Shown piece after piece: positions 39,166-50,108 of a stretch of 64,000 nt of DNA. The notes under the pieces are model-generated. The model saw only the letters and a list, made by a program, of their open reading frames with translations, did not search any database and was not told the origin of the DNA. Within the stretch, counting starts at the first letter, position 1. Each line of letters begins with the position of its first letter. Origin of the DNA: Massalongia carnosa (Eukaryota); NCBI GenBank assembly GCA_965645245.1, contig OZ287087.1, positions 372,001-436,000 on the forward strand, written 5' to 3'. Position numbers and translations under genes: made by a program.

Positions 39166-40179
39166 CTATTTCTTCGTTGGGCATGTCTTCTGGCCATGCC
39201 CAGCCGCGCCGCACGATTTGCATTTGTGCTGTCGGTAGCACGACGGCCAGGTGCAGGTGCCGCTGTTGTACTTGTCGCAGATTTCCCCCGCTGCCTTCTC
39301 GGCCCTCTCGGCCCTGTCTCCTCTCGGGGTCGGTCGTCGGGACGGCGGGGATCGTGAGCGGCGACGGCGTAGGACTGTGAGGGGGGTGCAGAATCGAGCT
39401 TGGAATTCGTCGGGCATTTTCCATTGGGATGCGTCGGATGGCTGAGACGCGATGATGTGGGTGTGGGTTTCGATGGCGAGGGGGAGGACTGCTTCCTGCC
39501 ACTCGTACACCTTGGCCAGCGTGAGGATTTTTCCGTGGAATGCCGACATGGTGGCGTGAAGCTGTTGACTCGATTTCCCGAAAAGACTGACCATGATCGA
39601 GGTGTAGTTGATGAAGCTCTCGGTCCAGACGTCATGAACTGTCTTTCCGAAATCTTTGTAGGTCCCGGATGCCTTTCTCAACCTCAAGGCGCCGTCTTCG
39701 ATGCCGATGCGGTCTTGATCCTTGTATGACTCGTATTGCATGCCGTGCATGTGTCGGAGGCGGGAGAGGTTGATGGCTTTGAATTTATTTGAAAAGAGCT
39801 TGATGATCTCGTCCTGTGGTAGGCCCGCGAAACGGGGTGCTATGCTTCTTACTTCGAGAGGGATCTCACCTAGGTCCTCGTCGTCATCGCCGACGACACG
39901 ACTCGGCTTGCCAGCAGGAATGACGGCCGCTATTCGGGCGTCAGATTCTCGGCGCATGCAGTCGATTTCTAGCTGCATTTTTTCCACCTCCTTCTCGGCG
40001 ACCAATGCCTTGGACTCGGCAATTCTAGCCTCAGCCTCGGCCGCCTTCGCTTCCGCCTCGGCTTTCTTCTTTTGTAGGGCGAAGATTTGATTGGATTGGG
40101 CCTGCGTCAATCCGACAATCTCCTGGGGGTCGGGGACTATGTCGTCCATCAAGGTGCTTTGGGAACGGGTGTTCGTCAT
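39166..40179 (-). CDS. Gag-like protein of YR retrotransposon
   Basis: ATG at 40179; coiled coil; C-terminal CDKYNSGTCTWPSCYRQHKCKSCGAAGHGQKTCP Cys/His fingers. Confidence 0.85.
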   Translation of the reverse strand: MTNTRSQSTLMDDIVPDPQEIVGLTQAQSNQIFALQKKKAEAEAKAAEAEARIAESKALVAEKEVEKMQLEIDCMRRESDARIAAVIPAGKPSRVVGDDDEDLGEIPLEVRSIAPRFAGLPQDEIIKLFSNKFKAINLSRLRHMHGMQYESYKDQDRIGIEDGALRLRKASGTYKDFGKTVHDVWTESFINYTSIMVSLFGKSSQQLHATMSAFHGKILTLAKVYEWQEAVLPLAIETHTHIIASQPSDASQWKMPDEFQARFCTPLTVLRRRRSRSPPSRRPTPRGDRAERAEKAAGEICDKYNSGTCTWPSCYRQHKCKSCGAAGHGQKTCPTKK

Positions 40180-40407
40180 TGGGAGGTAGGGGCACCGAGA
40201 CAACGTGAGGTCGACGACGAGTCAGTGAGATTGGAAAAGCAGCAAGCACTGACAGCGAGGTAGGGGCACCGAGACAACGTGGGGTCGACGACGAGTCAGT
40301 GAGATGGATGAGGCCGAGTGAGAAGAAGTGAATGAGGAAAGAATTTTCAGAGGGTGATTCTTAATTTACTTTGACTCAGGGGCCTCACGTGACATAGAAC
40401 CATCTCA

Positions 40408-40601
40408 TCTGTCCTTTGTCCCTTTCATCTATTTGTGTTTGCTTTAGAAGGTCGTTCCGATGCGTTCCTTTCAGTCCTTTCAGACCTCCGTTGATTGCCC
40501 CTATGATTGCTAAAGGGTTGAGTAACGGAAGCGGTTAGTGCGCCGGCAGATGCCGTACTTTTCTTTGATTGGCCTTGGGTGGATGTGGTTGAACCGTGAC
40601 A
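40408..40601. repeat. Truncated LTR of family S2
   Basis: Reverse complement of about 20497-20692; ends GTTGAACCGTGACA. Confidence 0.85.
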
Positions 40602-41595
40602 TTCTGTAGAAAATTCAATTCTTAAACTTTATTCTAATTCTTTGTATCCTCCCTCTCCATACTCTTCGAGACTTTAGATTTCGAGCTTCAAGGTGATTTG
40701 ATAGCATGTTTTCCGACAGTGAATATGCAATTTGCTATTTCGATGAGCATATCTGTGCCAAATGTAAAAGGAATTGAACTTACAATTTGCTCCAAGAACG
40801 GCGGCCAGGATTTATAAAAACGACCGTTCTCGCGCACAATTACCACCACATCAGCGTCACAAGCTTTCCGAGCTCGTAAGCCTTCTTAAACAAGCAGTGT
40901 TATCTTCTTCGCATTATCTAGCTTTGCATTTTGGTATCGTTGATCATAATACTGTGTTTTAATAATCTTTCGAGATTTTTTAAAACTATTAGCTCGTAGA
41001 GCAATGTGTATAGTGAGCAAGGAGGGTCTGAAAAAGCATTTTACAATAAGACTGGGGGGGGGGTCCCGAAAACGATTTCAATCACCGGGGTGTGGAAGAA
41101 GTCGAGAACGACAAATACTGCGCTAAAGCAACGCCCATGTATGCGCGTTAACCCGTATTCATTTAGTTTGAGGCGTATTAGAGATACTGTGTTATAGAGC
41201 CATCTCTTATTCCATTTGAAAGATTCTGATCGTCAAATGGATACGCCTGTTTGAAACGCGTAATTGATGTAATAATAACTACATTTGCTTGACCACTCAG
41301 GTTTAGCGTGAGCCTATACTGCCCTCTACAGTGCCTCTTAGAACCACTCTATCCCACGACTCTTTCAAGAGTAACTACACCGAATTGGCCTCGTGCTAGG
41401 TTGCCGAAGCCATGTACAAATTGCCCACCATTCTTATCAGTGAACAGACCTATCCTGAGGGGACCGAAACCTCCCTTACGTACCCGCCGGCGACCTGAGC
41501 GCCAGCTACCTCCGCGGTGCTCCTTCACTCCGTCTCTTCGTCGCGAATTCGTAACAAGCAACGTATATATCTAAAATAGCTAAACTCCTTCATTT

Positions 41596-42460
41596 CTACC
41601 CAGTCCTCTGCTTCTGTTGTTCTGATAATGACTGCATCAAAACATTCGTCAACTTGCTAATTTGCTCTTTTAATCCTTTATTCTCTTCCTTCTCCTGCCG
41701 GTGCAAGTCAATAAGCTCTGCGTGTCGTTGCTTGCTCTCCTCCCTCTCTCGAGCGAGCTGTTGCCTAAGCCAGTCAATCTCGTTCTGAAGCATGGTCGTA
41801 GGTTTTAATCTTGGTTTTTTGGATCGCTCCGTGCCCTGAGACGAAGGGGCGATTTCCGCCATCTCCTGCGAATCGATCTGTTCAGATTCTAGATCTGTGC
41901 TGTCAAAGGAATCGCCGAGTGAAAGCTGAGAGGGTAGATTTGAGCCTTGAGAGGCTGTGTCAGATGATATTTTATCGATAGCGGAGCATATGCATGAATT
42001 CGAAATAAATGTTTTTCGTAAATCGATAGGCCGTCCATTTGTCCTTCCCTTCTTCGCTTGTGAAGTCAAAATTCTTGATGGGATGACGATAGAATTTGGT
42101 TGCACCGTCCTTGATTAGAGCGTAATGACCGTAAATTCTTACGTTATTCCCATCGTGCGAAATGGAGAACGCGATAATTTTTCGATGAAGCTCCTCTTCG
42201 CATTTCGCAAGCTCGACAAGCTTTACAATACCTCCTACTGCTATGCTCATGCTGTGAGCATTCTGTTTATCAGCGACATCAATGTCCCCAATCCCACATT
42301 TCGCTTCACAGGCGAAAAACGGAAAATACATTCTCCATGTAGCTAAGAAAAGGAAAGATAGTTGACTGGGACAAGACTTCCAATGTAAGGCTTTAATTTT
42401 TGAAGCTGGATGTCGGTGAACGTGGATTCGCTAAATCCCACGCATCGATCAGGTCGATAT
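41596..42460 (-). pseudogene. Fragment of conserved fungal PD-(D/E)xK-like protein (RPD..GF / YFPF..CEAK family)
   Basis: RPDRCVGF, MYFPFFACEAKCG..DVADKQNAHS..AFSISHD..VRIYGHY..KWTAYRFTKNIY; frameshift before ICSAID; C-terminal coiled coil; 5' part degraded. Confidence 0.7.
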
Positions 42461-42752
42461 TCATTGAAAGACCCTCGATATGTAGCCAGTAGTTCACGTG
42501 AACAATGCAATCCAGTCCCTGCATTTGGAAAGTGTTATTTGCAACCCATCATGAACTGTGTTAGCGTAAGTGCTCACCTGCATGAACTCCTGACCGTTGA
42601 CCTGCCATAATCTTATTTAGCTTGAAGAATCCCATTGCTTCGGCGTACCTGAAGCCTGGAATACATCTTCAATTTTTGTTACTTTCACAGAGAAAACCCT
42701 TGGAAAGCTCAAATATCTCCGCGTCACGACTGAAAAATCCACTTGCCCCGTA

Positions 42753-43628
42753 ATGCTTTGCCATTATCCTTCAGACGGCTTGAGAATGTATAAATCTGAT
42801 ATTGCTGCGAGGTTTGCTGAATCACAACCCTATGGCTGGAATAATAGTACCTTCAATCGTCCAAATCAAGCTCGGACATTACCTCCTCTTCAACAAGTCT
42901 TCAAACACGGACAGGCAGGCCTAAACACTCTTTTGCTGCCCTATCCTTCTTCAAACCAGTCAGAGGAACGAAAGCCACGCCCTATTAATGTTCAAAACTT
43001 CATCAATCCTGGCAATGGTGAAAATCCTGTAAAAATTGGTAAAGTGCCTTTGCAGCCTGCCTCTTGGGGCGGCAGCGCCAGCATCCATCACTCTTCCTAT
43101 GAGCAGGCCAACCGCACTGAACCGACACATGCACCACTTTTAGATTCCATAGTTCGACCTCAGTCTTTTCTCTCCAAATAATATCCAGCGTCTGGCCCCG
43201 CATCTGCATCATCACAAACGACTTTTGGTTTAAAAGCCTTCGAAGATCCCACATTAACGAGAACAGCGCAGAGCCATTATCAAATGATGACGTTTGATAC
43301 GAAGCATGGTCCGATTCAGATACCTATTGACGTGCAAGCTACTTCAAAAGTCGCCAACGAGAAACGCAGCCGGAATGCCAAGGCCGCTCACAGTTTTCGC
43401 CAGCGCCGAAAACAGAATGAGTTGGAGGCTAAAGAGAACATTGACAAGTTGAGGGCAAAAATACGCAAGGTAAAAGAGGAAAAGGACCACTATCGTAATG
43501 AGAGAGATTACTTTCGGGACGTGGCATTTCGCAATCATCTATCAATCGAACCGCGGCCGCTTTCGCCCGAGCACAAACGGTATGCCAGTTATAGCGGAGT
43601 AGATCTTTGCTCATTCTCAAGCGGCTAA
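42753..43628 (+). pseudogene. bZIP transcription factor with single in-frame stop
   Basis: ORFs 42753-43181 and 43284-43628 share a frame, separated only by TAA at 43179-43181; basic region EKRSRNAKAAHSFRQRRK then heptad repeat. Confidence 0.75.
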
Positions 43629-45454
43629 CGGTGAGGCAGTCCACTATCGACAGTGAATCATTCCGACCCACGCGTCCGTACAAGTACTTGAGTGTTATAC
43701 ACTGACCTCGCTCAAGTCGGTAATACAGAATTCATAAGACCTTCTCCTACATATCCTCGGGTTCTTCAATCCAGCTCAAAATCACAACATTATTCCTAAG
43801 CGCTTGAGCGAGTAATAGTGACATTCCTTTCTTTATTATTCGCATCCCGAGATACATGATTGGCATTCGATCACTGTTCACGTGGGTGGCATTTGTCAGG
43901 CAAGTGGAGGCGATGATTTGTACTTATACCCAAAGACTGAAGGGGAATGTGTGCGGGTCAGTGGAAACACCAGGCGTGGTAGATTCACAAGGTTCTTACG
44001 ATTTTGAGTGCTTGATATTCTATGGAGAATCAAGTTTTGAACAGTTTGAATCGACCAACTTTGTCTTTCTTCGGGCACATACTCCTGATAACGCCTGACG
44101 GGTTCAGATTTCAAGAAGTGTCGCCTCATGCCACGATAATTTGATTCTCACAGCCTCCATTGAAGAGCCTTAACTTTGAGCAAGCAAAGTATGTAGTTCA
44201 GTCAGATTAGCACCTGCCGGTCGGGTCCGTTGGTGTTCACATTTCGCATTAGATGCTATGGGTCATGTTTGATTCTAGGTAATCATGAATATATTCAATG
44301 CTCGTTGCATAACCCTCCTCCTGCGGATCTTATTAAAGATCAGTATGATCTCCTGGTCTTCCTCTTCATCCTCTGGTAAGTCTTGATGGTCTCACATCGT
44401 GAAAAGAGCGACATAGAGGTGACAGCTCTGAGAAGATCATAATCACTAGCAATCTTGATCGTCTGGGACATGATACCGCTAAAAGAGATCGGGCATTAGG
44501 AGGTTCGGTATGGGGTTTAGGGATAGTAGGTATGTTCAAGCATCCGTAAGTTATTCGTCATTTTTTTCGATCGAGTCCGCAGGAATAGACGTGATTCGTA
44601 CTCTGGCGGGCAGTACATTTGGTAAAGGTCAAAGCGAGAGGCAGTCAATGAGGAAGGCACGTTGGGGTCGATAGGTGATAGAATAAAAGAAGGGATAAGG
44701 CGGAGTGCCTGAGTCACTTCGGCGAAAGATGAATCCGTCCCTTATCTGATGTCCATCGCGTCATCGTCGGTGTCGTCGCTCATGAGCAACATCTTTAAGG
44801 ATCAATTGAAATGCTCTAATCTGACCCATCCCCGCGTTCCCAATGACCCCCACCTTCTAATCTAGGGATACTTAATGGTAAATCTCCCAAAATGAGAGAG
44901 TATTCATCAATTCACCGACAATCTCCAGCTTCGGCCTCCAAACCATGGCCTCGTGCACTCTAAACCGAGGCGTTCTGGATGCCTCAATGTTTAATAGAAT
45001 TAAGCTTGGGAAGCGGTAGATGGATTGCATTGCTAGAAAGTCCTTTCCCCACCCCCGAGTCCTCCTCCGTCTCGTTAGAAATGGATCTCGCCTGAGGTCT
45101 ATTGGTTCGTTCTTGAGGTCTGGAGTACTGCACTGATAATGCAATTATGGTTCGTCTTGCCCTTTTCGCTATAGAGTAAATTGGTGCTCGTGGCTTCTCC
45201 AGGCATATTATCTCGACTCTCCACTGTCTTCGAGCGGCGTGCCCGCGCATAAATTCCACGGGGGATCACAACGAGGATATTCGATTGGCTCATGACACGA
45301 TGCTTCGCTTCAAGGATGATGTAAGACAAGAGGTCAAGGTGCCGTGTTCCCAGATATGTGGGTATAAGAAGCTCGACTTCCCCTCAGACTTTCGCTTTCT
45401 CTTCATCTTCCTTTCCCATTTCTTGAATCAGATTTCCGTCGCGGTTCATTTAGC

Positions 45455-46000
45455 AATCTACGTTGAGGAGGTGATAAAGCCGCTGGGAGTGCCCTTTTAT
45501 GAAAGATGCGTGGCAAAGAGAGGTCTGATGATTTGGATAGATGATGGGGCCGGTTATCATACTTCAAAGAAGGTGCTTGATTTTGGACGAGAGGTAGGGC
45601 TTTTACGCATGAAATGGCCGGCTCAATCATCAGACCTCAACCCCATTGAGAATCTGTGGCGTATCATCAAAATACGAGTCAGTGTCCGTCGTCATCAAAT
45701 TCATTCAGTTGAGGCCACGACGGAGGCGTTGATGAACGAATAGGACAAGTTAACTGCGAGGGACTTTCGGAAGTGCATAGAGAGTATGCCTAAACGTTGT
45801 CACATGGTAATTAAGGCTCAGAGGGGGGCCATTAAATACTGATTATCTCATCTGATTTTTCATTCAAAATTTCATTAAATTTGGAAATTTGAGAACATTC
45901 CATCAACTATTGAATTTATGGTAGGGGTTGAAAGTTAGGGTAAGGAGGTGAAATTTGATGGGGTGCGGGGCACGGTCGGTGACTTCTGGTATCCGACTCC
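45455..46000 (+). mobile_element. Tc1/mariner transposase 3' fragment
   Basis: DDGAGYH, WPAQSSDLNPIENLW, ESMPKRC..VIKAQRG..KY. Confidence 0.8.
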
Positions 46001-46984
46001 ATCAGTCAAGGTGTAGATAATGATACGTAATTTTTAAAATCAAAGAATTTTAAATCACTGGATAGGCTCTTTATAATTGGTTGTTAAAAACTAGACGACT
46101 GAGCCACTACATTCATATGCAGCATCTATAATCATGCTCTTAACTGTCCCAAATTTCGTGTCGGCATCAAGAATATCCACCACAATCATCACGAGCAATC
46201 CGCCGTACCAATAGCACGACATCAGAGCTGAACCCTCTTCCGCTTTGCCTATTGCCTCTTATTGAGCTTGATTTATTGATCTAAGCTCTTGGTGATTGGA
46301 GAATGATTTACGTTTTAGATAGACACTTGGAATTGAGGTAATGATTGCTTGCATTAAAAGGATTCTCCACCCATTCTCTCAGTTATGCTTGAATGTTGGG
46401 ATTCGGTTGATAGATTACCGTATCCGAGCTACATATCGCTTACTGCTTGACCACTAAATTGGCTGACACCTCTGTACTTCTTTCCGAAAAGCTAGTCTAT
46501 AGAATTTCATAGGCGCCCGGTTTAACCGATTCTTTAAATAACTACAAGCTTTCTTCCTTGAAAATCGACTGTGTCTTATGAAATCCTCGTTGAGGAAGAA
46601 GTCGCCAAGATTCACCGGATGCTCAATAGAGTGAAGATTATCTATGAATAAAGAACAGCTTTTAGTGTCGCAAAGGACAGACCCTTGTAAAGAAGCAGAG
46701 CGAATATCAATTCATCGTACGTAGTAGGCATCTTGCAATAAGATGCTATATAAGATAGGAGTTCTTCTACATTCGGGAACAAGTGCAAATCTGTCTTCAA
46801 AGAAAGTGAGATCGCTACTTGTTGAATGCGTTATAGCTAGCCTTTATAGCTCTTGATAAGGCGAAGCGATTCTATGTCTCTGTAAGCAGCTGTTCTTTAT
46901 GAGATAGAGTAAAAAACGCAGACAGGGAGTATGAATGTTTAAAGATAATGGGTAAGAATCTGAGGCGTAGTAGCGGGTGATGAA

Positions 46985-47655
46985 TGTAATAGCGCGGCAA
47001 TACAGGACTGCGCTAGCTCCTGGGATGACTCACCCAAGAAGACCGGGTGACTGATAATCCGGATGCTTAGTCATGATAAGGCGGATAGCAATACTAAGCC
47101 ATCAGCAATCAGCCTTACCAGTTTGTTAGGCAGCAACTGAAGCTATTCAGATAAGCCTCGATCTCATGGGAGGCCTGGGACGCCTAGGAGACCTCAGCTG
47201 AAGGCAACAAGGCTATCTGCTAGACCTCAGCTGAAGGCAACAAGGTTATCTGCTAGACCTCAGCTGAAGGCAGCAAGGCTATCTACTAGACCTCAGCTGA
47301 AGGCAACAAGGCAGACAGGTAACCAGACAAGTAGTTAGTAAATAGGACCCCAAGGGGTATATAGAAAGCTCGATTCCCATCTTCAGGGAATCAGCTTTTA
47401 GCTTTAGCACCTACCAATCTATTAGCAGTCACACTGAGCATTATAACCCATAAGAACTAGTGTCTACTGTCCCTCTTATAATGAAGCTGTAAATTAATCA
47501 TGTTGATAATCCACGACGAGTGAGATGAAACTTATCGCTTCGTAAGCCTTTCGGCGGAGAAGCAGCGTCTGTTATTTCATTTCGAAAGTGGTATCCCTCT
47601 CGCTGGCATGAAGGCATCACCCTCCCCCACTAGTGTTTAGCTGCATGACATTACG
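46985..47655. repeat. LTR-like unit with 33-bp tandem repeat (about 4 copies, 47188-47311)
   Basis: AGACCTCAGCTGAAGGCAACAAGGCTATCTGCT repeats; TGTAAT start; shares motifs with 1033-1275 and 28980-29045; no TSD found. Confidence 0.5.
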
Positions 47656-47679
47656 GTAGTAAGCAGAATATCAATATTT

Positions 47680-48012
47680 TGTTGAGAGTATCTTGGCCGA
47701 TATTCCCCCCCTATCCAACTACACTCCCATTTCAATCGATGATAGGTCTCCAAAGTCACCGGTTCAAGGTCTTGTTGACACTCCGCTGGAGCTTTTTCAG
47801 TTGTTCATTACGCCTCAACATTGTCATACTATCGCATGTCATACCAATCAATATCAGGGCATACGATCATATGAAAAAGGAGAAAGAAAATAATCCTCGC
47901 GCATGGCATGACACGACTGGACCAGAAATAGAGGTGTTTTTGGGAATTCTTCTGTGCATGGGTATGAATCAGACGCCTGCTACAGAGGATTATTGGAATA
48001 GATGCTCTGATA
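47680..48012 (+). pseudogene. piggyBac transposase N-terminal fragment
   Basis: TPLELFQLFITP..IACHTN, WHDTTGPEIEVFLGILLCMG..EDYW. Confidence 0.7.
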
Positions 48013-48318
48013 GGTCAGTTTTTTCTGCAAATTAAATATAAAAATTCGACGAAAATATGACGTTTAAAGTGATAAAAATTTTGCTTACTAATCATCATAT
48101 CTTGATGAATAATTTTCAGAAATTTCAAATGTGTTTAAAACGTCTAAAAAACTCGTTTAAAATTGACAGAAAAAATCGACCGGGTCAAACGGGTCGAACG
48201 GGTTAACCCAGGAATGGTTTCCCAACCTACCGGGTTGAGCCCTACAGGTTCCCCACTCGGTAACAGGTCGGGTTCGACTAGACAAAATATGACATAACCC
48301 GACCCGTTGTGCGGCGTA
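48013..48318 (+). mobile_element. Right half of hAT-type MITE
   Basis: Homologous to 49063-49379; ends ACCCGTTGTGCGGCGTA. Confidence 0.8.
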
Positions 48319-48338
48319 GAAGCGATCCTATCTGAGAG

Positions 48339-49379
48339 TACGCCGCGCAACGGGTTGGTGTCATGAAACGGCTTCGAACCAAAAGGATCTCGGCCTTATC
48401 CCTAGTTGCCCCCTCTATCCTGTCCTTACCTACCGTACCGCAGGTCCATTGGAGCTACCGCGGGTTCATTGGACCTAACGCAGGTTCATTGGACCTAACG
48501 CAGGTTCATTAGACCTAACGCAGGTTCATTGGACCTAACGCAGGTTCATTGGAACTACCGCGGATTCATTGGACCTACCGCGGGTTAATTGGACCTACCG
48601 CAGGTTCATTAGACCTACCACAGCTTCATTGGTTAGTGCGCGCTGTTCCAACCTTTCTCGATGCGGTTAGATCGAGTACGGCTCCGCCTCCGATCTTCGA
48701 AACCATAATTACCCGGTCCCCATTAGGTGTCTTCGTATTAACTTAGGAAAAGGAGATGAATAGGAGACATCGAAGATCAAGGAAACAAAGGGGTAAGGAG
48801 GTGAGGAACAGATATAAAAGAAGGGGTCGAGTCTCGAAAGTTCTGGCTCCTTGTCCGACGTCTTGAATAGCCAATCTAGCCTAGCTGTAGCTATAGACTC
48901 AGTCAATTAGAAAGCTTGACCATCCAATCCAGTCCCTTGACAGTTGGGTTAAACCCTTCGGGTTACCCAATCCGTTAGGTTTCGGTCGGGTTGAACCCCC
49001 TCGAACCCGATCCGATAGGTTCGGGTTTGTTATTGCGGGTTTCCGGGTTAAACCGTTCAACGCGGTCATTTTTTTCTGTAAATTAAATATGAAAATTCGA
49101 CGAGAATATGACGTTTAAACTGATAAAATTTTTGCTAACTAATCATCATTTCTTGATGACTAATTTTCGCAATTTTCGGAATTTTCAAATTCGTATAAAA
49201 CGTCTAAAAAACACGTTTAAAATTGATATAAAAAATCGACCGGGTCGAACGGGTCAAACGGGTTTACCCGGGAACGGTTCCCCAACCCACCTGGTTGAGC
49301 CCTACATGTTCCCCAACCCGGTAGCGGGTCGGGTTCGACCAGTCAAAACCTGACCCAACCTGACCCGTTGCGCGGCGTA
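48339..49379 (+). mobile_element. hAT-type non-autonomous element containing a solo LTR
   Basis: TIR TACGCCGCGCAACGGGT, 8-bp TSD TCTGAGAG, subterminal AACCCG/CGGGTT motifs. Confidence 0.9.
48359..48942. mobile_element. Solo LTR with 20-bp tandem array
   Basis: TGTCA...TGACA, TSD GTTGG; about 9 copies of CAGGTTCATTGGACCTAACG at about 48440-48632. Confidence 0.88.
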
Positions 49380-49614
49380 TCTGAGAGTACGCGGAGTACG
49401 TTATCAACGCTCTCGAACGATTTACGCCGCGCAACGGGTTGGGTTTGTAACGATTCGACCAAGCTTGGTGCGGACGGCAGGACCTACAGAAACATAGCAG
49501 GAGTCCCAGTTATAGTAGAATAGAGCTTGGTCTGCGAACTAAGTATTGTGCCTTTTAGTCGGGAGGACAGGTGGCGCAATGGTAGAAATCTATTCACTAT
49601 CTCGCTTCGTCACA

Positions 49615-50108
49615 ATCTGGGAGACTATTTGGGAGGCTAATTGGAAAGTTATTTGGGAGGCTATTTAAGAGATTATTTGATAGCTATTTGGGGGGTTATT
49701 TGAAGAGTAATTTGAAAAGCAACGCAGAATATCTGGAAGGCTATTTGGGAGGCTATTTGGGAGGCTATTTGGGAGACTATTTGAAAGCGGTGAAGATTAT
49801 CTGGGAGGCTATTTGGGAGGCTTTATGCGAGGCTGCGCCGCGCAACGGGTTGGGTTTTCGCCACAAAATTGATTTTTCGCCACCGGGTTTTTCTCTGAAA
49901 ACTCAACCCGGACACCAAAAATCATAGGGTTCGCCACAAACGGGATGGGTTTTCAGTAGAGAAACCCGACCCATTGCGCGGCGTATGCGAGGCTTTATGC
50001 GAGGCTATTTGAAAGGCTATTTGGGACGCTATTTGAGATGCTATCTGAAAAGCAGCGGAAACTATTTGGGAGGCTATTTGGTAGCTATTTGAGGGAATAT
50101 TTGGGAGG
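49615..50108. repeat. 12-bp minisatellite (CTATTTGGGAGG), resumes 55552-55600
   Basis: Direct inspection; degenerate 12-bp period. Confidence 0.85.
49834..49985. mobile_element. 152-bp hAT-type MITE
   Basis: T(G)CGCCGCGCAACGGGT...ACCCATTGCGCGGCGTA with 8-bp TSD TGCGAGGC. Confidence 0.88.

Larger units (their letters stand above)
36090..40400 (-). mobile_element. Tyrosine-recombinase retrotransposon (DIRS/Ngaro-like), coding regions intact; ends approximate
   Basis: gag, RT/RNase H and YR ORFs in canonical order; no integrase or protease. Confidence 0.93.

Noticed and set aside
41440..41490. Possible minimal hammerhead (CTGAGGGGACCGAAAC)
   Set aside because: Core deviates from CUGANGA and stems I/III cannot be formed convincingly; region looks like an LTR fragment ending CGTAACA
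49688..49927. YLGG-repeat ORF
   Set aside because: Translation of the minisatellite running into a MITE
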